Positions 38,305 through 49,679 are shown, counted from the first letter of the stretch. The stretch: 64,000 bases of DNA from Oceanispirochaeta sp. (GCA_963663385.2 CAXXXD010000002.1:352001-416000); one strand, 5' to 3'. Translations and numbers: made by a program. Notes: generated from the letters alone by a model not told the origin.

Positions 38305-38550
38305 ATGGCATCTAAAGCAGAGACTCTGAAGAATACAATTACCGAGGCAATCAAGGCGGAAGATCCTTCCGTTATTATGAATTTTGTACTGATCAGTGTA
38401 GTGAAAAAAGGCGGTTTCTTTTCTTCCGCTCTGGAAGTTCAGATCAGCGGACGGGTTGAACGCGAAAGCGACCTTGAAAAAATCAATGATATTGCCAGAA
38501 AAACGGCCGGTGATATCCCTGTAAAAAGTACCCTCAGGTTCAAAGCCTGA
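38305..38550 (+). CDS. Small BON-domain-like protein
   Basis: VQISGRV....LEKI.DIA....G..PV.S.L resembles the BON pattern; AGGA RBS; no signal peptide. Confidence 0.6.
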   Translation: MASKAETLKNTITEAIKAEDPSVIMNFVLISVVKKGGFFSSALEVQISGRVERESDLEKINDIARKTAGDIPVKSTLRFKA

Positions 38551-38691
38551 TTCAGTCCTTTATTTGAATTGATGGAGTATCCCTTTTATGGGATACCTGT
38601 CAATTTACTCTCCCTGTTAACTGATCCTTTTTTTGAAATCGAACGGATTCTCACTGATACTTTATTGTTAGAATAACATCAGGAGATACGC

Positions 38692-40656
38692 ATGTCTGCT
38701 AAACAGCATAAAATCCAGTTCAAATTAATATCTGCCATTTCTGCCTTAACAGGAGCGGCGATGGTTTTTCTAACGGTTTTTATTCTGAGTCAGTCCATAT
38801 CTGTTTATAAAGACCAGACAATCGAGCGGGTACGGCAGGAAGCCCTTGCCTGTGCCGTTACTTTTCAGGATACGATTAATACTGTAGCCGCCAAAACAAA
38901 TGCTCTTGCCAATATGATTGTTCCCGCCCTGGAAACCCCGTCGCGGAATAACCGGGAAACCCTGAACAGTTATCTGATCGCCTACTTTGAGGACAATGAA
39001 GAACTCATCGCTTTTAATCAGTGGCTTATGATTCCTCCGGGGTATATAGATGAGTATGACAGCCTCGGGAGAACAGAACGGTTTGATGAGTGGTTCCGCC
39101 ATGGCTATCAGTCGCTGAACGGTGCTGTAAATATTCTGGATACCCACAGCCTGGATTACTCCCCCTTTGAGTATGACAGCTGGTTTAATATCCCCTATAA
39201 CGAACAGAAAATGGTTGTGACCGAGCCCTATCACTGGGATTACGGGGGGGACATCGGTAATCAGTTTGTCTCCAGTATCTGTGTTCCTCTTGTATATAAC
39301 GGGCAGAGTATCGGAGTGGGAGGCTATGAGGTAAATATGGGATTGTATCAGGAGGAAGTAGAAGCCATATCACCTTATCCCGGCAGTTATGCCTACCTGA
39401 ATACTGCCGGCGGTACTATTGTGGGTTACAAAAGGGAATTCGCAGGCTTGCCGTTAACAGAAGCCTTCCCTTTTTATGAAGAACTGGATCAGTCATTCAG
39501 TGATATTCCGGAAATAGACGGTTACTGGCATATTTCAACCCCTATGCACATCAATTTTATTGAAGAGCCCTGGGTCTTTACTATTGCTGTACCGGAAAAA
39601 GCAATCATGGCGCCTTTCAACCGTATGGTGATGATCGTTGTTTTTATAATGGCTGCCGTTCTTGTTCTGATCGGTGTTTTTATTTTCTTCTTTACCAGAT
39701 CCATTGCCAGGCCAATCGAAGAGATTGCCGGGCAGGCGGATCAGCTGTCCAGAGGGAATCTCAATCTGACTTTTTCCTTCTCCCGCAGAAACGATGAAAT
39801 TGGATTAACCGGGAAATCCCTGGAACATATGATTCAGAACCTGGAGGGAATAATAAATTCCATACAGGAGACCACTTTTTCAGTAAACAGTAACAGCAGA
39901 CAAATGGCAGACCTTTCCAGTCAGCTCAGTTCCGGTGCATCCGAACAGGCCGCCTCTTCCGAGGAAGTCTCGGCTGCGATGGAGCAGATGGCTGCCAGTA
40001 TTCAGAACAATTCGGATAATGCCTCTCAAACCCTGTCCATGGCAGAAAAGAACTATCAGGATGTGGAAGAGGGGGGAGATGCTGTCCGGCAGACAGTTGA
40101 GGCTATGGATCAGATAGCCGGCAGGATCTCCGTTATCGAAGAAATCAGCCGTCAGACCAATCTGCTTGCTCTTAATGCGGCGATAGAAGCCGCCAGGGCG
40201 GGAGAAGCCGGCAAGGGCTTTGCTGTTGTTGCCAATGAGGTGAGGAAGCTGGCAGAAAGGAGTCAGAAAGCGGCAGCGGAAATTACAGAGTTAAGCAGAA
40301 GCAGTACGGCCGTGGCTTCAAAAGCCGGGGAAATGCTGAAACAGGTAGTGCCCGATATCAAACAGACGACAGAGCTGATACAGGAAATCGCCTCCAGCAG
40401 CCGGGAGCAGAATTCCGGAACCCGGCAGATTAATCAGGCCCTGATGCAGCTGGATCAGACCATACAGCTGAATACCGCTTCGGCAGAAGAGATGAACGGT
40501 TTTTCTCTGGAACTGCAGGAGCAGGCTGCTTCTCTTCTGGAACAGGTCAGTTTTTTTCAGACCGGGGAACAGAAGAGGTTTGAGCAGGTCAGAAAGCGTT
40601 CTCTCCCACAACCGCCAGGGAAGCATTCTGCCCGCCGAAACCAAAGCTGTTTGTGA
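38692..40656 (+). CDS. Methyl-accepting chemotaxis protein (dCache sensor, HAMP)
   Basis: Two TM segments; W.....VVTEPY Cache motif; [47 protein letters not shown]. Confidence 0.96.
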   Translation: MSAKQHKIQFKLISAISALTGAAMVFLTVFILSQSISVYKDQTIERVRQEALACAVTFQDTINTVAAKTNALANMIVPALETPSRNNRETLNSYLIAYFEDNEELIAFNQWLMIPPGYIDEYDSLGRTERFDEWFRHGYQSLNGAVNILDTHSLDYSPFEYDSWFNIPYNEQKMVVTEPYHWDYGGDIGNQFVSSICVPLVYNGQSIGVGGYEVNMGLYQEEVEAISPYPGSYAYLNTAGGTIVGYKREFAGLPLTEAFPFYEELDQSFSDIPEIDGYWHISTPMHINFIEEPWVFTIAVPEKAIMAPFNRMVMIVVFIMAAVLVLIGVFIFFFTRSIARPIEEIAGQADQLSRGNLNLTFSFSRRNDEIGLTGKSLEHMIQNLEGIINSIQETTFSVNSNSRQMADLSSQLSSGASEQAASSEEVSAAMEQMAASIQNNSDNASQTLSMAEKNYQDVEEGGDAVRQTVEAMDQIAGRISVIEEISRQTNLLALNAAIEAARAGEAGKGFAVVANEVRKLAERSQKAAAEITELSRSSTAVASKAGEMLKQVVPDIKQTTELIQEIASSSREQNSGTRQINQALMQLDQTIQLNTASAEEMNGFSLELQEQAASLLEQVSFFQTGEQKRFEQVRKRSLPQPPGKHSARRNQSCL

Positions 40657-41848
40657 GAGCCGCACGGACTTTTTCCTCTCTGGCCCTGTTCGGAATGGTG
40701 TCCAGAGGGCATTCCGGATCCGGTAAAAACTGGTTAATCGTGGGAGGAAGCACTCCCTTGTACAAACTGAGGATTGTTGCAGCTGTTTCTATGGCTCCTG
40801 CAGCTCCAAGGGTATGCCCGATCATGGATTTGCTGGAACTGACGGGAATTTTTTTACCCTGTTCTCCAAAAAGGGAAAGGATGGCCCGTGTTTCGGTTCT
40901 GTCATTGGCTGCTGTTGATGTTCCGTGTGCATTGATATAGCCGATTTCACCGGTGGTCAGACCGGAATTCCTTATGGCGATTTCCATGGCTTTAGAGGCC
41001 CATTTCCCTTCTTCATCCGGAGCGGCGATACTGGAGGCATCGGCGGTCATTCCGATCCCGCCGATGACGGCATAAATACGGGCTCCGCGTTTTTCCGCGT
41101 GTGACCTTTTTTCAAGGATCAGAGCACCCGAACCTTCTCCTATGACGAAACCATCCCTGTCTCTGTCAAAGGGTCTGCTGGCTGTGGCGGGGTCATCATT
41201 TCTCTGACTGAGGACTTTCATACAGCTGTAGGCATCCACCACAAGGGGGGTAATGGTGGATTCGGTCCCCCCCGCTACCATCACATCCGCCTGGTCCAGC
41301 TGCAGGATCTGCATGGCTGAGGCAATGGAGTGGATCCCTGTGGCACAGGCCGAAAGGGCGGCGAAATTGGGACCGTGTATTCCCAGTTCAATGGCAACAT
41401 TCCCCGCTGCCATATTGGGAATAATCCGGGGAACCGCCAGAGGGTTCCCCCGTCCGGGACCTTTTTCCGAAAGGATGGCAAACTGTTTTTCCAGTACTTC
41501 GTAGTCTCCCGCGGCAGAACCGACCACACAGCCTACACGCAGCGGATCAATGGTTGATAGATCCAGGGAGGCGTCTTTTACCGCCTCCACGGCAGCGCAA
41601 ACGGCCAGCTGGGAAAATCGGCTCATTTTACGGGCGTTTTTTCTGTCAATATAATTCCCTGCCTGGAAGTCTTTCAGTTCGCAGGCAATTGTGGTTTTAA
41701 AATTCTCCGTGTCAAAAGCCTGTATCCGGGCTGCTCCGGAGGTTCCGGAAATTAATCCTTCCCAGAAAGAGTCCTTATCCAGGCCGATGGGGGTTATGGT
41801 TCCGATTCCTGTTACAACTATATCATTCGGGTTTTTTATTATTTTCAT
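40589..41848 (-). CDS. fabF: 3-oxoacyl-ACP synthase II
   Basis: VVTGIG; Cys-His-His triad ([26 protein letters not shown]); [23 protein letters not shown]. Confidence 0.93.
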   Translation of the reverse strand: MKIIKNPNDIVVTGIGTITPIGLDKDSFWEGLISGTSGAARIQAFDTENFKTTIACELKDFQAGNYIDRKNARKMSRFSQLAVCAAVEAVKDASLDLSTIDPLRVGCVVGSAAGDYEVLEKQFAILSEKGPGRGNPLAVPRIIPNMAAGNVAIELGIHGPNFAALSACATGIHSIASAMQILQLDQADVMVAGGTESTITPLVVDAYSCMKVLSQRNDDPATASRPFDRDRDGFVIGEGSGALILEKRSHAEKRGARIYAVIGGIGMTADASSIAAPDEEGKWASKAMEIAIRNSGLTTGEIGYINAHGTSTAANDRTETRAILSLFGEQGKKIPVSSSKSMIGHTLGAAGAIETAATILSLYKGVLPPTINQFLPDPECPLDTIPNRAREEKVRAALTNSFGFGGQNASLAVVGENAF

Positions 41849-41875
41849 GGAAAGCTCCCTCTTTTCTGTTTATTT

Positions 41876-41900
41876 TTGACATATATGTGATAAATGTCAA
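41876..41900. promoter_or_regulatory. Inverted-repeat operator candidate upstream of fabF
   Basis: TTGACATATAT-gtg-ATAAATGTCAA, with 10 of 11 positions matching between arms. Confidence 0.6.
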
Positions 41901-42065
41901 CATTAAATGCCTATATTAGAATTATATGAGTCCGGAGAGTATTTCGGACTTGAAAAAACAGTCTCTCTTTCTTAAAATTTAACGTGAGTGGTTTGATTGT
42001 AAAACCTCTCTTTAATTTAAACAGTGAAATAAACGGGATCCGGATTCCTTCAAGACTCCAATCCG

Positions 42066-43496
42066 GTGGGGATATGCGATTTGCCAAGAAAACCTTTCTA
42101 CTTTTTTATTGTGTTCCTGATAATTCTATTCTTCCTTCCGGAGAGAAGTTACGGAATAGAATTCTCTCCGGAAGAACAGAACTGGCTGAACCGCACAGAA
42201 TCCCTGCGGTTCAGCGAGGTGGATTGGGAGCCTCTTTCCTATGCGTCCGATTATCCTGAGTACAAGGGGCTTATTGCGGATTATATGGAAATCCTCAGTG
42301 CCGTTTCCGGTATAGAATTCCAGTTTGTTCAAAGCCGGACCTGGGCTGACGTACTGAATAAGTACAGCCGGGGGGATATCGATTTAATCCCTGCCATAAG
42401 TTTAGACGATATGGTCGAAGCTGAAATCCTCCTGACCGAACCGTATATCTCGTTTCCCCTTGTGATCGTAACGAGACGCGACATTGATTTCATAAACAGT
42501 ACAGAGGAGCTGGAAGGACTGCTGGTAGGCGTCGGCGAAGGCTATACAAGTCACAATTTTCTCAAAAACGAACATCCTGAAATAGAACTAGTTCCCACAG
42601 ATGATGTGAGAGAAGGCCTCAAACTCCTTCAGAAAGGGCGAATCGATGCTTTTGTGGGTCATCTGGCTGTTGTCACAGCCGCCCTTAAAGAGTTCCGCAA
42701 CACTATGCATATAGCCGGGAAAACCGAATATACCTTTGAACACCGCATGGGAGTTTCTTCCGGAAACAAAGCGGCTGTTTCCGTTTTCAACAAGATCTTC
42801 CAAAGTATCACTCCGGAGGAACATAACCGGATCTACAACAAATGGATCAGGATAAACAGGACATCCGTGGATTACTCCCTTGTCTGGAAAATCCTGATTG
42901 GCTCCCTGTTTATCATTACTTTTTCTATTTTATGGAATATCCGTATCAACCGTCTGGTAGGTGAACTGAGACGTCTTAAAAATGAACTGGAAGAGAAAAA
43001 CCAGAAGCTGAATACCCAGGCTGTAACAGATCAGCTGACCGGTTTATATAATCGCATCAGACTGGATGAAGCCCTGAATTCCGAAATGGCCCGGCAAGTC
43101 CGATACAACCATGTTTTCGGACTTGTTCTGATGGATGTCGATCATTTTAAAAAAGTTAACGATATATACGGGCATACCACCGGAGACCGGGTCCTTGTCT
43201 GCCTGTCCCGGCTGCTGCAGGCCAATGTACGCAAAACAGATACTCTGGGAAGATGGGGCGGGGAGGAATTCCTTCTGATCTGTCCGGATGTAGACGAACA
43301 GAGTCTCCGGCTTCTGGCGGAAAAGCTGCGGAAAAGGATAGAAGAATACAACTTCCCCGGGGTCAGGCATTGTACCGTCAGTTTTGGAGCATCTCTCTTC
43401 CGAAAAGATGAAAGTCTGACCCAATTGCTGGAACGGACCGATAAAGCTCTTTATAAAGCAAAAGAGAACGGTCGAAACCAGGTGATCCTCTATTAA
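42066..43496 (+). CDS. Diguanylate cyclase with periplasmic solute-binding (family 3, BvgS-like) sensor domain
   Basis: EEQNWL...DWEP...GLIADY periplasmic domain; one TM segment; TDQLTGLYNR; RKTD I-site; GRWGGEEF. Confidence 0.93.
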   Translation: MGICDLPRKPFYFFIVFLIILFFLPERSYGIEFSPEEQNWLNRTESLRFSEVDWEPLSYASDYPEYKGLIADYMEILSAVSGIEFQFVQSRTWADVLNKYSRGDIDLIPAISLDDMVEAEILLTEPYISFPLVIVTRRDIDFINSTEELEGLLVGVGEGYTSHNFLKNEHPEIELVPTDDVREGLKLLQKGRIDAFVGHLAVVTAALKEFRNTMHIAGKTEYTFEHRMGVSSGNKAAVSVFNKIFQSITPEEHNRIYNKWIRINRTSVDYSLVWKILIGSLFIITFSILWNIRINRLVGELRRLKNELEEKNQKLNTQAVTDQLTGLYNRIRLDEALNSEMARQVRYNHVFGLVLMDVDHFKKVNDIYGHTTGDRVLVCLSRLLQANVRKTDTLGRWGGEEFLLICPDVDEQSLRLLAEKLRKRIEEYNFPGVRHCTVSFGASLFRKDESLTQLLERTDKALYKAKENGRNQVILY

Positions 43497-43776
43497 TGGC
43501 AGAAGGTGTTTTAAGAACCTTTTGAGACTATAATTCATACTCCTTTTTATTTATGAATGGTTCCGGGTTAATTCCAATACATACCTCCAGGTATTCGGAA
43601 TCATGGATATAGCAAAATAATGCTCTTATAGCAAATTATTGTCATAATAAGATAGTCATATATCGCAAAATTGAGCTCTGGCAGGATCAGTAAAGCTCCA
43701 CAGATAATAAAACCAATATCAGAGCGGGACTGTATGAGGCATTTCATCTTCCCGTCTCAAAAAGAAGGAGTATCCT

Positions 43777-45315
43777 ATGAAGCGTTTTTTATTGTTGTTT
43801 TTATTGATTCCCGTTATCTGCTTTGCCAAGGGAGGCCAGGAGACTGCAGATGATGACAAAGGCGTTGAAATTGTCGTTTACAATAACAGCGGCGCCATGA
43901 GCGCGGCACAGGGCGGTGCGTCCAGCGATCCTGAGTATGTGGAATATGTCAGGAATTATATCAAAGAGAAAACTGGTGTTAATGTTCTGGTTATTCCTCC
44001 CGTTATTGGACAGGAGGAGCAGAAATTGAATCTTCTGCTGGCCAGCGGCATACAGCTGGATGCCTTCTGGGGAAACTGGGACCAGTATTACAGCAAGAAT
44101 GTCATTCAGCCTCTTAATGATCTGGTAGATGAGTACGGTTCCCATATCCTGCCTCATTGGCCCGAAGAGTCTGTTGTGGCCATGAGCGACTCTGAGGGAA
44201 CACTCTGGGGAATCCCCCGGGTTACTCCTACCCTGGGCTGCAATCCCTGGGTCAGACAGGACTGGGTTGAAAAACTGGGTGTGAAATTCCCCGAAACCAT
44301 TGAGGAGCTGGAAACCTATATGGAAGCAGTCAGTCAGAACAAAGACAAGCTGGCCGGAGATTCCACCATTATCATGCTGGCTGAAATTGATGGAAAACAC
44401 GGTTCACAGGGGATCTATCAGACCTTTGTCGGCGGATTCACCGAGTATGGATTCTCCAACTGGATGGACAGGGATGGAAAACTCAAGCCCTACTATCTGC
44501 AGGATGGGTATACGGATTTTCTGAAAACCATGAACCGCTGGTTCAGCAAAGGGTATATGTATCCCGAGTTTGCCTCTCTTAACAGGCAGAAGGTACGGGA
44601 GCTGGTTAAAACAGGACATGTCGCCTCTACCGCGACATGGTACTCCAATGTCGCCAATGTACACTACGATATGAATCAGATTAATCCGGATGCCGAGTTT
44701 ATCCTGATTCAGGAAGGAATTGACGGCCCGATGGGGAAAGCCGAAACAGTCAAACCTGCCACCAGCCAGGGGCTTCTCGTCTCTTCCAGGAGCAAATACC
44801 CTGAGGCTGTCATCAAGGTAATGGATCTCTTCTATGCTTCGCCGGAGGCTTTCGCTGTCAGTCAGAAAGGGCCCAGAGGGACTAACTGGGAGTGGAGCGA
44901 CGAGGCCAGCGGTATATACGATCTGTTGACGGACCGGCTCAATTATATCCGGGATTTTGACTTTGCCGTCGGGCTTCCCGCTGCAGCTACTGCAGGAACA
45001 GCCAATCCCATGTTTGTTAAGGAAAACGAAGTCTGGGGGCTGGCCGGTCAGGGGAATAATCCTCCCACCGGTCTTGATCCTTCACGGGGTAAAATGCCTT
45101 TTGATGCAGGCGTTAAATACGACCCCAATATCCTGTCCGACCAGATCGCCGGTTACAGCGACATACAGAGAATGGTTGAGGAACAGCAGATCCGCTTCAT
45201 TATCGGCGAGCGTCCTCTTTCCGAATGGGACTCTTTCATCGAAGAGCTGTATGAAGCCGGACTACAGGAGTGGATTGATGTCCATACGGATATCTATAAG
45301 GAAGCCACCCGTTAA
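43777..45315 (+). CDS. Extracellular solute-binding protein (LplA-like)
   Basis: Signal peptide; EKTGV, KLNLLLASG, DLVDEYG and RQDW.EKLG..PETIEEL; AAGGAG RBS. Confidence 0.9.
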   Translation: MKRFLLLFLLIPVICFAKGGQETADDDKGVEIVVYNNSGAMSAAQGGASSDPEYVEYVRNYIKEKTGVNVLVIPPVIGQEEQKLNLLLASGIQLDAFWGNWDQYYSKNVIQPLNDLVDEYGSHILPHWPEESVVAMSDSEGTLWGIPRVTPTLGCNPWVRQDWVEKLGVKFPETIEELETYMEAVSQNKDKLAGDSTIIMLAEIDGKHGSQGIYQTFVGGFTEYGFSNWMDRDGKLKPYYLQDGYTDFLKTMNRWFSKGYMYPEFASLNRQKVRELVKTGHVASTATWYSNVANVHYDMNQINPDAEFILIQEGIDGPMGKAETVKPATSQGLLVSSRSKYPEAVIKVMDLFYASPEAFAVSQKGPRGTNWEWSDEASGIYDLLTDRLNYIRDFDFAVGLPAAATAGTANPMFVKENEVWGLAGQGNNPPTGLDPSRGKMPFDAGVKYDPNILSDQIAGYSDIQRMVEEQQIRFIIGERPLSEWDSFIEELYEAGLQEWIDVHTDIYKEATR

Positions 45316-45331
45316 TTCTTTTGGATAAATT

Positions 45332-45353
45332 GCAGGGTGCCTGAGCACCCTGC
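45332..45353 (+). other. Intercistronic stem-loop after the SBP gene
   Basis: GCAGGGTGC-ctga-GCACCCTGC, a perfect 9-bp stem. Confidence 0.65.
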
Positions 45354-45355
45354 CT

Positions 45356-46309
45356 TTGGAGAATAAGATTAAAGTGAAATCTATTAAAAAGAAAGGCGGC
45401 TTCCATCAGGGACGGAAAGAGATCCTGCCGCTGTATGTGATTATGCTGCCCGGACTGCTCTATTTTTGTGTATTCAGATATCTCCCTCTGCTGGGGACCC
45501 TCGTTGCATTCAAGGATGTGGCACCCTTCGAGGGGATCGAAGCTATCTTTACGGCTCCCTGGGCAGGATTGAAGCATTTCAGGAAATTCATCTCTTCCCA
45601 TTTTTTCTGGAATATCCTGGGGAATACCTTTGTGCTGGCCGGACTCCGTATGGTTTTTGAATTCATCCTGCCTATCGGTCTGGCTCTGATGATTAACGAG
45701 ATACGGCATATTAAATTCAAGAAAGCCATCCAGACCATATCCTATCTTCCCTATTTTATATCCAATGTGGTACTGGCGGGTATGGTCTTTAATCTTCTCT
45801 CCCTGAATGGGGGGCTTCTGCCTGAAATTATCCGTTTTTTCGGGGGACAGCCGGAATATTATGTAGGGAACTCAGGCAGTTTCCGAACTGTGCTGATTAC
45901 AGCTATTGTCTGGAAAAACGTGGGGTGGGGGACTATTATCTACCTGGCCGCCCTGACAGGAATCGATCCGCAGCTTTATGAGGCTGCAGAGATCGACGGC
46001 GCAGGCGTCTGGCAGAAAACCTGGAAAATTACCCTGCCCAGTATCAGTTACGCCATCGTTATCATGTTTCTTCTCCGCATTTCGGTGGTATTGAATCAGG
46101 GCTATGAAGAGACCCTGCTGCTGTACAGTCCTCCGGTCTATCAGGTAGCGGATATTATCGACACCTATGTTTTCAGGATCGGCCTGGAGCAGATGAATTT
46201 CTCCTTTGCTACTGCTGTTGGTTTGTTCAAATCCCTGCTGGCCCTGCTGCTGGTGGGATTGTCCAACTGGTCTACCCGGAAAATGGGGCAGGACAGCCTC
46301 TATACCTAA
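45356..46309 (+). CDS. ABC transporter permease (LplB-like); start may be GTG 45374
   Basis: PWAGLKHF, QTISYLPYFIS, GWGTIIYLAALTGIDPQLYEAAEIDGA and DIIDTYV. Confidence 0.93.
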   Translation: MENKIKVKSIKKKGGFHQGRKEILPLYVIMLPGLLYFCVFRYLPLLGTLVAFKDVAPFEGIEAIFTAPWAGLKHFRKFISSHFFWNILGNTFVLAGLRMVFEFILPIGLALMINEIRHIKFKKAIQTISYLPYFISNVVLAGMVFNLLSLNGGLLPEIIRFFGGQPEYYVGNSGSFRTVLITAIVWKNVGWGTIIYLAALTGIDPQLYEAAEIDGAGVWQKTWKITLPSISYAIVIMFLLRISVVLNQGYEETLLLYSPPVYQVADIIDTYVFRIGLEQMNFSFATAVGLFKSLLALLLVGLSNWSTRKMGQDSLYT

Positions 46310-46322
46310 AGGAGAATATTGA

Positions 46323-47201
46323 ATGAGTTTAAGATTTCCCAGCAAGGGAGAAAAGATATTCAGAATAGTCAATGCGGGGGTGCTGATACTGATCTCTCTC
46401 CTTTTTCTGATTCCCTTTCTGACAGTTTTTATGACCAGCTTTGTTTCGGAACAGGAGTATATCCAGCGCGGCCCCTTTATCCTGATTCCCCATACCATAG
46501 ACTGGGGCGCCTATAAGATGCTTCTGTTTCAGGGGAAGGCTGTGTTTAATGCCTATAAAATCACAGTTTTCAGGACTTTCCTTGGAACAGTGGTTCAGGT
46601 CCTGGCGACGAGCCTCCTGGCCTATGGACTGAGCAAGAGCCATCTGCCGGGGCGGAAGATTCTAATTTCGGCACTGGTTCTCTGTATTGTCTTTCCGGTT
46701 CAGATAATCCCACTGTTTCTGCTCAACAAGAGCCTGGGACTGATTGATTCGGTCTGGTCTCTTATCTGGCCCCGTCTGATCAATACGCAGTATGTGTTTA
46801 TCATGATGGCCTTTTTCAGACAGATCCCGGACAGCCTGGAAGAGTCCGCCCGTCTGGACGGCTGCAGTCTTTACCAGACTTTTCTGCGGATTATCCTTCC
46901 TCTGAGTCTTCCGTCTCTGGTTACAATCGGTCTTTTCTATGCGGTCTGGCAGTGGAATGACTGGTTCGATGCGGCCATGTTTCTGATCAGCCAGGATAAG
47001 CTGCCTGTTCAGAATCTGCTCAGAACGATACTACTGTCTTCCACCATGAGTGAAGTCATTACAACAGGCCAGTCTCCCCCTCCCGGGGAAGCGATTAAGG
47101 GCGCCGTAATCGTCATATCCACCCTGCCGATTCTGCTGGCCTATCCCTTTATTCAGAAATATTTTGTAAAAGGGATGATGATCGGATCGGTAAAAGGTTA
47201 A
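46323..47201 (+). CDS. ABC transporter permease (LplC-like)
   Basis: IPDSLEESARLDG, LFYAVWQWNDWF and YPFIQKYFVKGMMIGSVKG. Confidence 0.95.
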   Translation: MSLRFPSKGEKIFRIVNAGVLILISLLFLIPFLTVFMTSFVSEQEYIQRGPFILIPHTIDWGAYKMLLFQGKAVFNAYKITVFRTFLGTVVQVLATSLLAYGLSKSHLPGRKILISALVLCIVFPVQIIPLFLLNKSLGLIDSVWSLIWPRLINTQYVFIMMAFFRQIPDSLEESARLDGCSLYQTFLRIILPLSLPSLVTIGLFYAVWQWNDWFDAAMFLISQDKLPVQNLLRTILLSSTMSEVITTGQSPPPGEAIKGAVIVISTLPILLAYPFIQKYFVKGMMIGSVKG

Positions 47202-47313
47202 AAAATAGTATAGTATTTTTATACGGGACTGACAGGAAGATTTCCCACAGTTCTCTTATGCAGCCGTGTTTCCCGGGGCAGTCCCGTCTTTCTTTTGTAA
47301 ACAGGAGAAAACC

Positions 47314-49596
47314 TTGCCTTTTCATTTTATACGACGTTACTATGTCCGTATTCTGTTCTTCCTTGCTCTTTCAGCCCTTGTACCGACTCTATGGCTGGCT
47401 GCCGTATTGAACAGCCGGACATCAACCCTGCTTCGGGAAGCTGAGAATGAAACTTCGATACATTATCTGAAGCAGTTCTCCCATACAACGACTCTGCTGC
47501 TGAAGCAGCTGGAGGATACGGTCCGCCTGCTGCAGATGGGGCGCGATTTCGTTTCATACGAGAGTTTCCCGGATAAGGATTATTTCAGGAATTTTCAGGA
47601 GCATTATAATCTGGACAGAATCGCAGAATACTCCCGCTACCTGAGTCTGCGGGCCGGCATCAATCGTAATCTGGAACAGTTTGCCACCACTTCGGAATTT
47701 ATCCGCTCTGTATATGCCTATGATCCTCAAACCCGGGAAGTCTTCTCCCTTGAACTGATACCTACGCCTCTGCAGATCTTTCCGGACAAGGAGTGGTATA
47801 GCAGCCTTTCCGGTATAACCCTGCCCACCCTGATAGGCCCTTTTCTGAACAGAAACAAAGAGCTTTCCATCTATCAGGTTTTTCCTTCCGCCAATAAGGA
47901 CGGAATGGTTTTTGTAGTGGATTTGAATCTTTCCTCTCTCTACCGCTTCCTCTGGGAACAGATAGCCCCTCCCATCTGTCATCAGTTTTTTGTTCTGGAT
48001 AAGTCGGGCACCCCTCTGATCTATAATCCCGAGGAGGAGAAAGCAATCCACTCTCTGGCCTGGAATCTGAATCTGAAGGAACAGGGGCTCCGGGACATCA
48101 CTCTGGACCGCAGCAGTCTGCTGGTCGCTTCGTACAGCAACAGGCTCCTGGGATGGACTTTCCATACGATCAATGACAGAACCCAGTTTTACCGAATCTT
48201 CCGGAAAAACAGGACTTCCATGTTTTTTGTCCTGATACCCCTGATCTTTATTCTTTTAACCATGCTGCTCCTGCTGCAGCGAAGGCTCTACTCTCCTATC
48301 GGCCGGATGGTGAACAGGATCAGTCCGGAAAGAACCGATGGGGCGGTGGATGAGATGGTCTTTCTGCAGGAGTGGATGGATCAGAACGAAACGGAACGGG
48401 TGTACCAGGAGGAGATGCTGACACGCACACTTCCTGCCTATAAACTGAATTTTCTGCACAGACTGCTGGATGGCCGGCAGAATCCGGGTGGTTCCGCCCT
48501 GATCAGGGAAGAGGTCGCACAGCTTGGGATCCCTTTTTCCCCTGACGGCCTGAGGATCGCATCCTTTTTCCCGGATGATGTCAGCCAGTTTCCCCTGCTG
48601 ATGGAGAAGTTGAGTCTCTGGTGCGAACAATACCCCTATGGGGCGGTTCCTATGGTAAAGAACCGATTGGCTATTGCCATTCTGGATGGGGGCGGGATGG
48701 AATATACGGAAATCTGTGCCTCTCTGGATGATTTTACCCGTCAGATTTCCCGGGAATGTTTCTGGAAAGTATACGGTGCCCTTACTCCGGATACTTTTCC
48801 CCTGATACATCTGCCCTATGCCATGAAGCAGGTGGAGTCCTGCCTGCGGAACTATCTGAAATACCCTCATGGAACTCCCATTGAAAAACTGGGAGTTCCC
48901 CCGAAAGGGGAGAGCGCCGGACTGTATTTTCCGGAAGATCTGCTGCTGGAGATGGCAGAGGCTCTGCGTCAGGGGGAAGAGGATAAGGCCGCCCGTTTTG
49001 TTGACAGGATATTTGAGAATCCGGGATCAGAGCCTGCTGCTGTTTCAGCGGGTGAGGTCCAGCATTTTTATATACGGGTTGTCAGTACCCTGCTGGCGCG
49101 CTTGCATGATCAGGGACTGGATACGGATTACACCGATAATGAAGGAAGGGATCTTTTTGTCTCTCTGATAGCTCAACGTTCCCTGGAGGATATAAAGCGC
49201 TGGTTTCATGCTTTCTGCCGGCAGATATCCGGTCTTTCGCAAAACCGCGGAAACGATACAAATGCGGCTTTCTATATTGAAAGGGCTGAGCAGCTGATGG
49301 AACAGCAGCTGGGCGAAAGCATAGCCCTGTCTTCTGTGGCAGAGCAGATCGGGATCTCCTCCTTCTATTTAAGCCGGATCTTCAAGGAAGAGAAAAAAGA
49401 GAGTTTTACTGACTATCTGACCGGTCTGCGCATGAAAAAGGCCCGGATTTTGCTGGAGGATCCCGCATTGAAAATCAACACTATCGCAGAACAGGTCGGA
49501 TATTGGAGCGGGAACTATTTTATTAAAGTTTTTAAAAAATACTATGGGGTTACCCCCGGAGAGTTCAGGAGAACTCTCCGGCAGAGAAAGGCATAA
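47314..49596 (+). CDS. Membrane-anchored AraC-family regulator with extracytoplasmic sensor region (YesS-like)
   Basis: Two TM segments flanking a ~270-aa domain; C-terminal AraC HTHs (YLSRIFK...FIKVFKKYYGVTPGEFR). Probable start is TTG 47314 after AGGAG. Confidence 0.88.
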   Translation: MPFHFIRRYYVRILFFLALSALVPTLWLAAVLNSRTSTLLREAENETSIHYLKQFSHTTTLLLKQLEDTVRLLQMGRDFVSYESFPDKDYFRNFQEHYNLDRIAEYSRYLSLRAGINRNLEQFATTSEFIRSVYAYDPQTREVFSLELIPTPLQIFPDKEWYSSLSGITLPTLIGPFLNRNKELSIYQVFPSANKDGMVFVVDLNLSSLYRFLWEQIAPPICHQFFVLDKSGTPLIYNPEEEKAIHSLAWNLNLKEQGLRDITLDRSSLLVASYSNRLLGWTFHTINDRTQFYRIFRKNRTSMFFVLIPLIFILLTMLLLLQRRLYSPIGRMVNRISPERTDGAVDEMVFLQEWMDQNETERVYQEEMLTRTLPAYKLNFLHRLLDGRQNPGGSALIREEVAQLGIPFSPDGLRIASFFPDDVSQFPLLMEKLSLWCEQYPYGAVPMVKNRLAIAILDGGGMEYTEICASLDDFTRQISRECFWKVYGALTPDTFPLIHLPYAMKQVESCLRNYLKYPHGTPIEKLGVPPKGESAGLYFPEDLLLEMAEALRQGEEDKAARFVDRIFENPGSEPAAVSAGEVQHFYIRVVSTLLARLHDQGLDTDYTDNEGRDLFVSLIAQRSLEDIKRWFHAFCRQISGLSQNRGNDTNAAFYIERAEQLMEQQLGESIALSSVAEQIGISSFYLSRIFKEEKKESFTDYLTGLRMKKARILLEDPALKINTIAEQVGYWSGNYFIKVFKKYYGVTPGEFRRTLRQRKA

Positions 49597-49679
49597 GAGG
49601 GAAACGGCCTTTCCCCGCCTCCCGGATTAAGGGCATGTTTGAATTCAGAAGCCGGATGGCACCGGACAAACCCGAGGTT

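Noticed and set aside
38634..38660. Possible sigma28 promoter (TGAA-N15-ACTGATAC) before the MCP
   Set aside because: Too many mismatches to TAAA-N15-GCCGATAA to support from sequence alone.
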